Assembly: GCA_038330215.1 (NCBI GenBank)
Contig: JBBQNT010000001.1
Coordinates: 1,356-65,355, forward strand
Source: Gemmatimonadales bacterium
GTDB taxonomy: Bacteria; Gemmatimonadota; Gemmatimonadetes; Gemmatimonadales; Gemmatimonadaceae
DNA: 64,000 nt
Direction: 5' to 3'
Shown here: in pieces, positions 9,646 to 17,940 of the stretch
Layout of the letters: every line of letters starts with the position of its first letter
How positions within the stretch are numbered: position 1 is the first letter of the stretch
The notes under the pieces: model-generated
The model's database searches: none
What the model was told of the DNA's origin: nothing
What the model saw: only the letters and a program-made list of their open reading frames with translations
Program-made: the position numbers and the translations under genes

Positions 9646-9663
9646 CACTGAGAGACTGAGAGA
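9646..9663 (+). promoter_or_regulatory. leader motif copy 1: CACTGAGAGACTGAGAGA
   Basis: Exact 18-mer shared with 16372-16389. The 15-mer core is shared with two further copies. 15 nt upstream of ATG 9679. Confidence 0.6.
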
Positions 9664-9678
9664 CAGGAGCCGAACATC

Positions 9679-10353
9679 ATGAAGGTAGAACCCAAATTCC
9701 GAATGCCGCTTGGACGCAGTCTTGCGATGACGGATCGCGCCGCCAATCGTCCGGTGAATGCGTCCGTGGCCACCGTCGAGCGCGTCGAGCGTGAGGCAGC
9801 GCGGAAATTCGCGGCAACCGTCGGTGACGCGCTGAGCAGTGTGCGTTTCCGTGCGGATACTTTCTCCGCTCATCTGGAAGGATTCGTTCGCACAAGCGGA
9901 GCGAGCGAGTTGATTGAGGCTGCGAACGACAGGAGCAAGCCGCACGTCGCGCAGGCCTGTCAAGGGGTTCTCCACAAAGCAGGAGTGGCGGGGTCGCCGC
10001 ATGCCCACCACGCACAGGCCGTGGCTACTGCATTGCGTGAAGCATTCGCCGAAGCAAAACGCGGTCTTGCTGATGCCCATCAGCGCTGGGGCGAAGAGCA
10101 CATCGACACGCCTGAGGCTCGCGAGCAGGTGCAGGCGATCGTCACCAGGATGCACGCAGCCGGTGTGGCGGCAATCACCTTCCTCGGCCACGTCGGTGAT
10201 CAAAACGGACAGCTCCTTGGTCGTGAGGCACGCACCCTGTACCAGGATCTCACGGATACGGCGCACGACGTGGTCGCCAATTTCGACCAGTTCGAGGCCG
10301 GGATGAAGCAGGCTCCAGCCAAGACCGCCAAGGGCGGCATGCGAATGTCATGA
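9679..10353 (+). CDS. hypothetical protein (224 aa)
   Basis: aggag SD upstream, ATGA overlap with the next gene, helical Ala-rich composition. Confidence 0.6.
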   Translation: MKVEPKFRMPLGRSLAMTDRAANRPVNASVATVERVEREAARKFAATVGDALSSVRFRADTFSAHLEGFVRTSGASELIEAANDRSKPHVAQACQGVLHKAGVAGSPHAHHAQAVATALREAFAEAKRGLADAHQRWGEEHIDTPEAREQVQAIVTRMHAAGVAAITFLGHVGDQNGQLLGREARTLYQDLTDTAHDVVANFDQFEAGMKQAPAKTAKGGMRMS

Positions 10354-11123
10354 CGAGTATGCGCGCACCGCTGGTGGTGATCGAAGCGCCTGGAAAGGCG
10401 CGTCGTCTAGCTCAGCTTCTGCGCGCAGCTGGCTACGCTGCGGATGTGTGGGCAACCCGTGGGCACTTCCGAAACAATCCGTCGTCGCTGTGGCCCCTGA
10501 ACATTGACCAGAACCTGGTGGAGACCGCGAGGAGCTACGACTCGGCGCGTCTGGCTGTCCTTCGTGCCGCCGCGCAGAGTCGTTCCGTAATTCTCGCCAC
10601 AGATCCAGATCAGGAAGGTGACGTCATCGCTCGGGACGTCCATGATGCCGTATGCAACATCGCGTCCAGCGTCCAGCGAGTCCACCTGCATGCACTCGAT
10701 GTAGCCGGCGTGAAGCGGGCATTCGCGAACGTCAGACCGTATGACCCAGTCGCCGCCGTACCTGGCGATGCACGACGTATCATCGATCGTCTGGTTGGCT
10801 CCGCATGTTCGAGTGCAAGGAAGCCAGTAGGGCGCGTGTTTACCGGCGCCCTCGGGGCCATGGATCGAACCGATCCAATCGTGGGACACGTCACGCTGAC
10901 GCTACCTGCCGTTGAAGGTCTTCCGTTCGTTGCCCGCGTACCTGTGACCGCACGTACACGGGAGATCTGGATGGAACGCTTGGCAGAATCACGAAGCTTC
11001 TCCGCTGCCACCGTGGCGTTCCAACACACCGAGCTTGGTCCGGCGTGGGGATACGCCAAGTTACTCAGCGTCGCTTCTGGCGCGGCGCTCATGCCGTCGC
11101 ACATTCGTGCAGGTGCGCCTTGA
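10350..11123 (+). CDS. topoisomerase IA-like protein, TOPRIM half (part 1 of a gene split over two frames)
   Basis: LVVIEAPGKARRL (catalytic Glu) and ILATDPDQEGD (DxD) are TOPRIM motifs of type IA topoisomerases. The ORF stops at 11123. Confidence 0.7.
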   Translation: MTSMRAPLVVIEAPGKARRLAQLLRAAGYAADVWATRGHFRNNPSSLWPLNIDQNLVETARSYDSARLAVLRAAAQSRSVILATDPDQEGDVIARDVHDAVCNIASSVQRVHLHALDVAGVKRAFANVRPYDPVAAVPGDARRIIDRLVGSACSSARKPVGRVFTGALGAMDRTDPIVGHVTLTLPAVEGLPFVARVPVTARTREIWMERLAESRSFSAATVAFQHTELGPAWGYAKLLSVASGAALMPSHIRAGAP

Positions 11124-12160
11124 GCGTCGCCGGCGGCGCCGCACTGCTGCAGCGGCTTTATGAAGAAGGCGCGCTGAGCTATCCGCGCTCTGACCATGAT
11201 GCACTCTCCGAAGAATCCGTTGAGATTCTTGCCCGTGTGGCCGAGCGGCATCGTCTGCCATTCGACGGAGCAAACATTCCTCGATTTCACCCCACCGCAG
11301 AGCGACCGCACGAAGCGGTGCACCCGCTCTTCGATGCTGCTACGAAGATCAATCTGGACATCCCGAGCCGCATGCTCTCGACCGCGGATCGGCTCATGCA
11401 CGACCTGACGCGTGCCTGGCTGAGACGATGCGCCGAGATCGATTTCGAGACCGCAGATACGGCGGGTTTGCCGGAGTGGGCGCAAGAACTGGCGTGGATC
11501 CGCCCTGCGACAACGCAACGTCATGCAGCGTTGATATTTGAGGAAGAGCGTGCGCCTCGTGCGAGGCTGACGCTCTACCAACCGGATCTGATCGCGTTGG
11601 GCGTGCTCGACGTGCACCGACTGGGGCGGCCGTCGACATTGGCCGTGCACGCCCAGCACATCGCTGATCGAGGCGTGCTGGATGTCAACGGCATGACCGT
11701 CGAGGGTCGCAGGCTGCTGGCGGACTCTCCCGAAGTGCTGGCGATACCTACGACATCGAGCACCATCGAATCGATTGTAGACGGAACCATTGGCGCCGAG
11801 TGCCCGGCCATCATGCCGTCGACGTCCGACATTACGCTCGCGCGACTCGCTCAGGTGATCGAGTACGCGGTTCCGGAACTCAAACCGCGTTTCGCGCGAG
11901 CCATCGAAGACCAGGCGTTGTCGGACAGCAGCGAGTTCGCTCCGTCGAACCGCGAGACAGAAGACGATCTCAGACGGCCTGTGTTCCTGTGGCCGTGGCT
12001 GACTCTTGCGGAAGAAGAGCAGTCAGTCGAGCGCATTGACGATCGGAAGCGTCAAGAAGAACTGCGCCGCCGCGAGGAAGAACGAGAGCGCATGGAAGCC
12101 CCCGCAGAAACGTCGCTGCCACAACCGGGAGGTGGTCATGCCGCACCCTTACTACGCTGA
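11045..12160 (+). CDS. topoisomerase IA-like protein, catalytic-tyrosine half (part 2; true start undefined)
   Basis: LLQRLYEEGALSYPRSD matches the QxLYE-G-x-I(T/S)YxRTD active-site Tyr motif. The frame differs from part 1 and overlaps it over 11045-11123. Confidence 0.65.
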   Translation: MGIRQVTQRRFWRGAHAVAHSCRCALSVAGGAALLQRLYEEGALSYPRSDHDALSEESVEILARVAERHRLPFDGANIPRFHPTAERPHEAVHPLFDAATKINLDIPSRMLSTADRLMHDLTRAWLRRCAEIDFETADTAGLPEWAQELAWIRPATTQRHAALIFEEERAPRARLTLYQPDLIALGVLDVHRLGRPSTLAVHAQHIADRGVLDVNGMTVEGRRLLADSPEVLAIPTTSSTIESIVDGTIGAECPAIMPSTSDITLARLAQVIEYAVPELKPRFARAIEDQALSDSSEFAPSNRETEDDLRRPVFLWPWLTLAEEEQSVERIDDRKRQEELRRREEERERMEAPAETSLPQPGGGHAAPLLR

Positions 12161-12566
12161 TCCAGAGCGTTCGGTGCCTGCTCTCGTCATCGGACGTCTG
12201 CGAACGGCCGGCTTCGAGGACGTGCGTCCAGCACCCGAACTGCTCGATGGCGACGACTTGGGAATAGATCTGACGGTAGAGCTGGCGTTCGGTCAGATGG
12301 ACGGACTGTTTCCTGTCGTGATCGCGCAAGCGCATCGTATTTTCGAAGACACGTGGCTCGATCGAGGTGGCGCGAGTTGGCCGTTCGCAATCGAGAACGA
12401 TCCGGACAGCATGACCGGTCGACGCGCTCGCTTCATTGGTGACAGTCAAGGCCTGGTCGTCGCGATGCTGTGCATCGTTGGCGTCTTAGAGCAATGGGTA
12501 GATCGCAGTGCGACGCCACCTCCGGTGCTCGCCATAGGGGACAATCATGAAAGTCGCGAACAGTAA
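12138..12566 (+). CDS. hypothetical protein (142 aa)
   Basis: Internal ATG of track ORF 12006..12566, preceded by ggaggtgg SD. Overlaps both neighbours. Confidence 0.5.
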   Translation: MPHPYYADPERSVPALVIGRLRTAGFEDVRPAPELLDGDDLGIDLTVELAFGQMDGLFPVVIAQAHRIFEDTWLDRGGASWPFAIENDPDSMTGRRARFIGDSQGLVVAMLCIVGVLEQWVDRSATPPPVLAIGDNHESREQ

Positions 12567-14799
12567 ATCCATCCTGCATGTTCTGATGTCAAAGCGGATG
12601 TTGCTTGGAGCAGCCGCGGCAACGATGTCGAGTGTCAGTCTCGCACAAAGCGTCAGTGCCGATTCTGCCTTTCGCGACATCTTTGGCGTCGATCCGTCCT
12701 CGCTTGCCTCGATCATGGCGGGCAACAACGGAACGCTCATCGGAGCAGTTTCGAACGTGATCAACATCGTGGCACTCACTGCAGCCGTGTTCGCGATGAT
12801 CCTGACCTTCTTCGTCGGTTTGGCCCAAAGCGCTCACGACGGCAGTGTTCTTGGTAAGCGGTATTCATCGCTGTGGGTGCCACTCCGATCGGTTATCGGA
12901 TTGGGATTCCTCACGCCCCTTCCAGGCGGATACTCGATGCTGCAAGCGTTCGTGCTCTGGATCGGTACCTTGGGTTCGATGTTTGCTGACCAAGCATGGA
13001 CGGGGTCGCTGTCGTACATGAGTCAAGGCAACGCGCCAGCGACGATTATGTCCACGCCAAACTCCCGAGCGACTGTGACGGCCATGTTCAACGCCTCAGT
13101 TTGCGCAGCACGCGCTCAAGCCGTGGCTCGTGAGGCGGGGGACGGAAGCTTTGGGGTCGAGGTCATCAAGGTTGGTCGCGCCATATCGCGAGCTGGTGCC
13201 CCGGCGTACTATGAATCGCAGGGCGATCTTGCCGGCGTTGGTACGGCCGCGTTCGTCGTGCGCGGTGGCGTTCGATTCGACGGGCAGGGCGCCATGTACG
13301 GCGCCAAAGCAGTCTGCGGGGAGGTGATGGTCGAGCACACGATGCCACCTGGCGGTGCGCTCAGCGGAGCGATATTCGCGACCGCGAATGAGCAGGTCGC
13401 GAACTTGCATGCGATGTCGGACGACACGATGCGGGTAGCCACCGACATGGTGGCCGGTGGTGTGCTGAGTGGTACCGATGTTCGCCGTCAACTGCTGGCG
13501 ATCGAGTCCGCGTACGCGATCGCTGAGTCCGAGCGCATCAGACGTTACGGCACTGCGGCGTCAGGCGCGCTGCAGGAGGCAAGGGAGTTGACGATTCAGC
13601 GAGCGGGCAACGGCGGCTGGATTACCGCGGGGGCTTGGTACAACACGCTCGCAGGGGCATCCAACGCAGTGCAGGAAGGTGCGCAGACAGAGACGATCAC
13701 GCGAGGGGCGCGTCTGGACCAGATGCCTGCATCGTTACGAGACGACATCAAACCATTCGTCGACAGCGCAGAAACCATCACGCGCGCAACCTCGGGGACC
13801 GGCCAGGTGGACACCGCTGCGGCCGAGGCCGGAGTCAGCCCAGCTGGCGCCGGCGACACCTCGGAACCTGGTTGGTGGGACAGCGTGACCAGCTCGTTGA
13901 GCCCCAGTGCGTTGTGGAACTCAGCATTCAACAACGCCACGGGCATCGTGTCGACGTGGTGTCGTGGGATCTTCGAGTCGCTCGTGCATGTGATGATCGG
14001 TGACCCCGGCGACGACCCCATCATCAAGCTCCAGCAGTTCGGGCACGCAGGACTCAACACGCTGGAGGTTGTCCTATCTGGCATGTTCCTGATTGCGGTG
14101 ACGTTGGGTGCCTTGGTGGTTGGGCTGGGCGCTTCCATAGGCATTTTCATGATGATGGTGCCGACTATCATCGGCCTCGGATTGCCGCTAGTAATCCTCG
14201 CCTACTACCTCCCTATGATTCCATTCATTTACTGGACATTCGGCACGCTCGCATGGGTGCTGCTCTTGCTCGAAGGCGTGGCGATCGCGCCGATGTGGGC
14301 GGCGGCGCATGTGTGGCCGGAGGGCGAAGGCCTCGCCGGCGAGAGAGCCAAGCAGGGATGGGTCTTGATGCTGTCGTTGCTGCTGCGGCCGGTGCTGATG
14401 GTGTTTGGTTTCGTTGCCGCCATCCTGGTCGTCCGCTTCATGAGCTTGGTGCTTGGAACGACGTTCCGTCTTTTCATGGACGCAAGCATGGGTAGTCAAA
14501 CCTTCGGCATCATCTCGACCGCGGCCTATCTCATTGCCCTGGTCGCGTTGGTCATCGCAGTGTCGAAGCAGGCCTTCGCGCTGATCTATCTGGTTCCCGA
14601 TCGCGCACTGCGCTTCATCGGCGCCGGCGACTCATTGGGCGAGGCGGGCTCGATCAGCAATGTGCGGGAAGCTGCAGGGCCGATCGTAGCAATGGGCGCC
14701 GCCGGCGCCGGTGCGGTGATGTCGGCCGCCAAGAGTGCGAGTGCAGTGGGGCAGGGTGCCAAGTCCGCTGCAGGCGCCGTCGTGTCGAAGGGGAAATAA
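12547..14799 (+). CDS. DotA/TraY-family polytopic membrane protein (type IVB secretion/conjugation)
   Basis: 750 aa, similar in size to R64 TraY (from memory). Signal-like N-terminus, early TM helices around SVLGKRYSSLWVPLRSVIGLGFLTPLPGG, a large soluble middle and a cluster of C-terminal TM helices. Family call is by recollection of the motif and topology. Confidence 0.6.
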   Translation: MKVANSKSILHVLMSKRMLLGAAAATMSSVSLAQSVSADSAFRDIFGVDPSSLASIMAGNNGTLIGAVSNVINIVALTAAVFAMILTFFVGLAQSAHDGSVLGKRYSSLWVPLRSVIGLGFLTPLPGGYSMLQAFVLWIGTLGSMFADQAWTGSLSYMSQGNAPATIMSTPNSRATVTAMFNASVCAARAQAVAREAGDGSFGVEVIKVGRAISRAGAPAYYESQGDLAGVGTAAFVVRGGVRFDGQGAMYGAKAVCGEVMVEHTMPPGGALSGAIFATANEQVANLHAMSDDTMRVATDMVAGGVLSGTDVRRQLLAIESAYAIAESERIRRYGTAASGALQEARELTIQRAGNGGWITAGAWYNTLAGASNAVQEGAQTETITRGARLDQMPASLRDDIKPFVDSAETITRATSGTGQVDTAAAEAGVSPAGAGDTSEPGWWDSVTSSLSPSALWNSAFNNATGIVSTWCRGIFESLVHVMIGDPGDDPIIKLQQFGHAGLNTLEVVLSGMFLIAVTLGALVVGLGASIGIFMMMVPTIIGLGLPLVILAYYLPMIPFIYWTFGTLAWVLLLLEGVAIAPMWAAAHVWPEGEGLAGERAKQGWVLMLSLLLRPVLMVFGFVAAILVVRFMSLVLGTTFRLFMDASMGSQTFGIISTAAYLIALVALVIAVSKQAFALIYLVPDRALRFIGAGDSLGEAGSISNVREAAGPIVAMGAAGAGAVMSAAKSASAVGQGAKSAAGAVVSKGK

Positions 14800-14802
14800 C
14801 CA

Positions 14803-15534
14803 ATGTTCGACGATACCGACGAAGCCATCATCGACTGCGTAGACGAGACTTCGTCTACGCCGAACGAGAACGCGCAAGGTAAGCGCAAGCATGCGGATCA
14901 GCGTGCGGCCGAGGAAGCGATGAAGCGCCGGCCGCGGCGCTCACGAGACGGTGCAAATGCCGATCGCGCTGGCGGCCGTAGTGAGTTCGACCAGTTCGCT
15001 GCCAACGCGTATTTTGATCCAATCCGGCAGCAGATGATCGATCGCCACTATGGCGCAGGTACTGCGTCCGCCCTTATTTCGGCAAGGCTCAAGGTCACGC
15101 AGATTCTGTTTAGCGATGCCCATGGATCGGTGGCAGGCATACAGCTCGGCGACCGCTCGTTGAAGGCAATCGTGCTCGATCGAGGCAATTCGCTCGCCTC
15201 GTCGACGCAGACTGTCGACGAGGCGCGGCTCATGGTCGAACTTGCGATTGCAAAGGGCTGGCCCGCTGTGAACATCCGAGGCAATGCTTCCTTCTGCGCC
15301 GAAGCCATGGCGTACGCCGAGAGCAAAGGCATGCGCGTCAGCGCGCTCAACGGGAAGAGCATCGAATCTGGTGCCGAACAGCAGGCGCGGGGTTCGAGTG
15401 AACCAACGACGCCGACACCATCAACACCGAACTACGTGCAACCGCGTGCGCCAACCACCGACCGCAACACGGAACCTGAGGACGTAGAATTCGTAGACCG
15501 GCCGCGCAACGTGAAGCGATTGAGCCTCAGTTGA
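14803..15534 (+). CDS. hypothetical protein with LPD7-like C-terminal domain
   Basis: LDRGNSL...VDEARLMVELAIAKGWPAVNIRGNASFCAEAMAYAESKGMRV resembles the D-x-G...KGW..i.i.G...F...A...G pattern of the polyvalent-protein-associated domain LPD7 (from memory). Confidence 0.5.
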   Translation: MFDDTDEAIIDCVDETSSTPNENAQGKRKHADQRAAEEAMKRRPRRSRDGANADRAGGRSEFDQFAANAYFDPIRQQMIDRHYGAGTASALISARLKVTQILFSDAHGSVAGIQLGDRSLKAIVLDRGNSLASSTQTVDEARLMVELAIAKGWPAVNIRGNASFCAEAMAYAESKGMRVSALNGKSIESGAEQQARGSSEPTTPTPSTPNYVQPRAPTTDRNTEPEDVEFVDRPRNVKRLSLS

Positions 15535-15649
15535 TGTATGCGGCGCCTACGAAGATGGCGATCACACCAATGATCAGCGCAAATCCAGGTGCCAGTGCAC
15601 GTGCGTTGTGGACGAACGATGCACGTTCTTCATCAGTCCAGCTGCTCAT
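15527..15649 (-). CDS. small tail-anchored membrane protein (40 aa)
   Basis: MSSWTDEERASFVHNARALAPGFALIIGVIAIFVGAAYIN. aggaga SD 6 nt upstream of the internal ATG of track ORF 15527..15766. Confidence 0.4.
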   Translation of the reverse strand: MSSWTDEERASFVHNARALAPGFALIIGVIAIFVGAAYIN

Positions 15650-15761
15650 GTCGCTTCTCCTGATCAGTTCGAGCCTCGAACATAGCTTGCATTCGGGCGA
15701 GTGAATCATACCTGAATTTCGCGCTCCAAATATGGAGCATAAGTCGCTGGCGTATGGATCT

Positions 15762-15779
15762 TGCATCTTATAAGATGCA
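15762..15779. promoter_or_regulatory. perfect 18-bp palindrome TGCATCTTATAAGATGCA upstream of the XRE/HipB-like gene
   Basis: Read directly. Flanked by GGATC/GGATA-type half sites, in a divergent intergenic region. Confidence 0.5.
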
Positions 15780-15810
15780 GGGATAAGATTCTGCAGCGAG
15801 GTGCGTATCC

Positions 15811-16362
15811 ATGTTGACTACCGCCGGTGAGAAAAGTGACGCCGTTGATACTGGGGTGGAAACCTCAGCCCCACAGGGAGCCTGGCCGCCTGCCGGTGCT
15901 GTCGACGAAGAGATCGTGCTCGAAACTCCCGCAGTACCCGACGAGCCCGATTCGGCAGCTCCTGCGCAATCGGACAACGTGCGAACGCTCGCTGATGGCA
16001 GAAGCATCACCCGCCGTGTCAACGCGCTTCGCGAGACCACGGCACGCAAGGTCGGAATGGACAGCATGGCGCGCCACCTGCGCGCCTTTCGGGAAGAAGT
16101 TCTGCGTGTCCGTCAGGAGGACATGGCATTCCTGCTGGGCGTCAGTCGCATGACGTATCAGCGTATGGAGAACGGGCACACTGGTGTTGCGATTGACGCG
16201 TGGTTGCGCGCGATGCAACTCATGGATCACCTGCCTACCCTGACGAAGATGGATCTTGCCCGTGATCGCGCTGCGCTGGCCAAATTTCAGCGACAAGCCG
16301 ATGAACATGAGCGCGAGCTGGCTGCTTTGGAAGAGGCGAACCCGGAGCGCTTTTACGGCTGA
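15811..16362 (+). CDS. XRE-family HTH protein, HipB-like antitoxin candidate (start uncertain; alternative ATG at 16057)
   Basis: FREEVLRVRQEDMAFLLGVSRMTYQRMENG is an XRE HTH, immediately upstream of the HipA-like gene. The N-terminal ~80 aa are acidic/Pro-rich low complexity. Confidence 0.7.
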   Translation: MLTTAGEKSDAVDTGVETSAPQGAWPPAGAVDEEIVLETPAVPDEPDSAAPAQSDNVRTLADGRSITRRVNALRETTARKVGMDSMARHLRAFREEVLRVRQEDMAFLLGVSRMTYQRMENGHTGVAIDAWLRAMQLMDHLPTLTKMDLARDRAALAKFQRQADEHERELAALEEANPERFYG

Positions 16363-16371
16363 CGTTGTACC

Positions 16372-16389
16372 CACTGAGAGACTGAGAGA
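16372..16389 (+). promoter_or_regulatory. leader motif copy 2: CACTGAGAGACTGAGAGA
   Basis: Identical 18-mer to 9646-9663. 8 nt upstream of ATG 16398, in the hipB-hipA-like intercistronic gap. Confidence 0.6.
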
Positions 16390-16397
16390 GGCTGACT

Positions 16398-17807
16398 ATG
16401 CGAGAGACGATTGCGGTATACACCCAGGACTTGAATGGTCGCTGGCAGCGAACAGGATTGATTCGCGGTCCGCAGGATGGTGACGGTGGTGGGTTCATCT
16501 ACGCGAAGGACTACCACGGGCCGTCGCTCGCGCCGCAACTCGACTACACCGCACGCGAACCCGATGGTGTTGGCGGTGAGCGCGTCTTTCTGCTGCCCGG
16601 CGAGTTGATCGATGGTCCGCAGTCGCGGACGGATCTCCATAGCGTCTTCGAGAGCGCATTGCCGGGCAAAGCGGGGCGCCAGGTGATCGCGATGCGTTCG
16701 CCTGGGTTCCTCAAGCTCTCGCCTTTCGAGCAGCTCGCCACGCTGGCAGCGCTTGGTGATTGGCGAAGCGGCGGGATGATGTTCGTGCGCAGCTCGGAAG
16801 GACTCGATTTCCGCGCAACGCCTGGACTCGAAGCGCTCTCTGCGTTGAACGACGAGATCAATCGCAAAGTGCTCGAAATTACCGAGCGCGGTGGGATCCC
16901 GACTGGCACGACGATCGGTCGGCCGGAGGATCAGTGGGCCTTGGCCACCAACAGGTCGGAAGCGTTCACGGTCGAGGTGTGCCACAACGGCCAGTTCTGG
17001 GTGGCTGGCGCGGCACGAGAGATCATGGAATCGGAACAGGAAGGGCGTCTGGAGGCCGGGCTGCTGAAGGCCTCTGAGATGTCCGGTATTCCCACGGTCG
17101 ATCGGCTGCTCTATGAACCGACGAACGGCCATGGTGAAGCGCTGTTGCTCACGAAGCGCAGCGACACCGTTGCACTGCCGCCGCTGGACAACGCCGGCGA
17201 TCTCGATGATGAGGACAATGTCCCCAGTTTGCGTACGCACAAGATCAGCATGTTCGTTGCGCTCGATGTCACCGAGCGAACGCAGCTCGACTACGTCGAC
17301 ATGGCGCGATTTCTGGAGGTCAACAGCGCTCAGCCGGACACGGATGTGCGGGATCTGTACAGCCGCATGATGCTGAATGCCTTTTCGGAAGTGTCCAATG
17401 ATCACCTTGGTCAATTCGAACTGCTGCAGCGAGGCGATCGCTGGAACCTCGCTCCATCCCACGGACTGATGATCGACGACCCCGACCATCAGCGTCCTCA
17501 CGCGTTGAAGATGGCGGGCACGGCGCGACCGGAATTTAGCGTGGAATGGATCGACCGATGCTCGAAGGCTTTCGGCCTGCCACGCGAGGAAGGTCGCGAG
17601 ATCGCGTCGAAGGTGTTGCGCGAGGTTGCACGACTGCCCGAATACTGGCGCGCATACGGCATGTCCGAAGAGATGCTCGCGCGAGTGTCGAAGTACACGC
17701 AGACCGGCCTTCATCAGACGCTTCGGAACAAGCTCGAAGGAACGCTCGACAGTGGTATGGATTGGACTCCGTCGTCATCGCCATCGAAGAGCATGCGCAT
17801 GGGCTGA
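16398..17807 (+). CDS. HipA-family (HipA_C-like) kinase-fold protein, toxin candidate with atypical catalytic motifs
   Basis: RTHKISMFVAL...YVDMARFL...LYSRMMLNAFSEVSNDHLGQFELL...WNLAPSHGL follows the HipA C-terminal pattern (R.H..S...L, N.DDHLRN, W.L(S/A)PAYD). Paired with an upstream XRE gene. Confidence 0.7.
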   Translation: MRETIAVYTQDLNGRWQRTGLIRGPQDGDGGGFIYAKDYHGPSLAPQLDYTAREPDGVGGERVFLLPGELIDGPQSRTDLHSVFESALPGKAGRQVIAMRSPGFLKLSPFEQLATLAALGDWRSGGMMFVRSSEGLDFRATPGLEALSALNDEINRKVLEITERGGIPTGTTIGRPEDQWALATNRSEAFTVEVCHNGQFWVAGAAREIMESEQEGRLEAGLLKASEMSGIPTVDRLLYEPTNGHGEALLLTKRSDTVALPPLDNAGDLDDEDNVPSLRTHKISMFVALDVTERTQLDYVDMARFLEVNSAQPDTDVRDLYSRMMLNAFSEVSNDHLGQFELLQRGDRWNLAPSHGLMIDDPDHQRPHALKMAGTARPEFSVEWIDRCSKAFGLPREEGREIASKVLREVARLPEYWRAYGMSEEMLARVSKYTQTGLHQTLRNKLEGTLDSGMDWTPSSSPSKSMRMG

Positions 17808-17830
17808 TCGCAATTCCATGCCAGCACCGA

Positions 17831-17857
17831 GCCCGCGGAGACGCGGGCTTTTTGTTT
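17831..17857 (+). terminator. rho-independent terminator after the hipA-like gene
   Basis: GCCCGCG-gaga-CGCGGGC followed by TTTTTGTTT. Confidence 0.7.
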
Positions 17858-17888
17858 GCCTGAAATACTGGGGCCGTTTCGACTGGAC

Positions 17889-17914
17889 GTGTGTAATATA
17901 TGTACAATACACAC
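17889..17914 (+). promoter_or_regulatory. operator-like IR GTGTGTA-N12-TACACAC overlapping -10-like TACAAT (17903-17908), upstream of topB
   Basis: Read directly. 26 nt upstream of ATG 17941, which has an aggag SD. Confidence 0.55.
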
Positions 17915-17940
17915 TCGAAGAAACGGACCAGGAGTAAGTC

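Noticed and set aside
11067-11146. Apparent 56-bp-spaced duplication (AGCGTCGC..GGCGC..) at the junction of the two topoisomerase half-ORFs, considered as the cause of the frameshift
   Set aside because: The similarity covers only about 24 nt and does not continue, so it is not a true tandem duplication. The actual lesion cannot be pinpointed by eye.
15801-15807. Isolated GTGCGTA half-site overlapping the hipB-like start region
   Set aside because: There is no matching TACRCAC arm 12 nt downstream, so it is not counted as a member of the operator family.
16353-17714. 453-aa ORF antisense to the hipA-like gene
   Set aside because: Its Arg-rich, low-complexity translation is typical of shadow ORFs in high-GC DNA. 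The sense frame carries recognisable HipA motifs.
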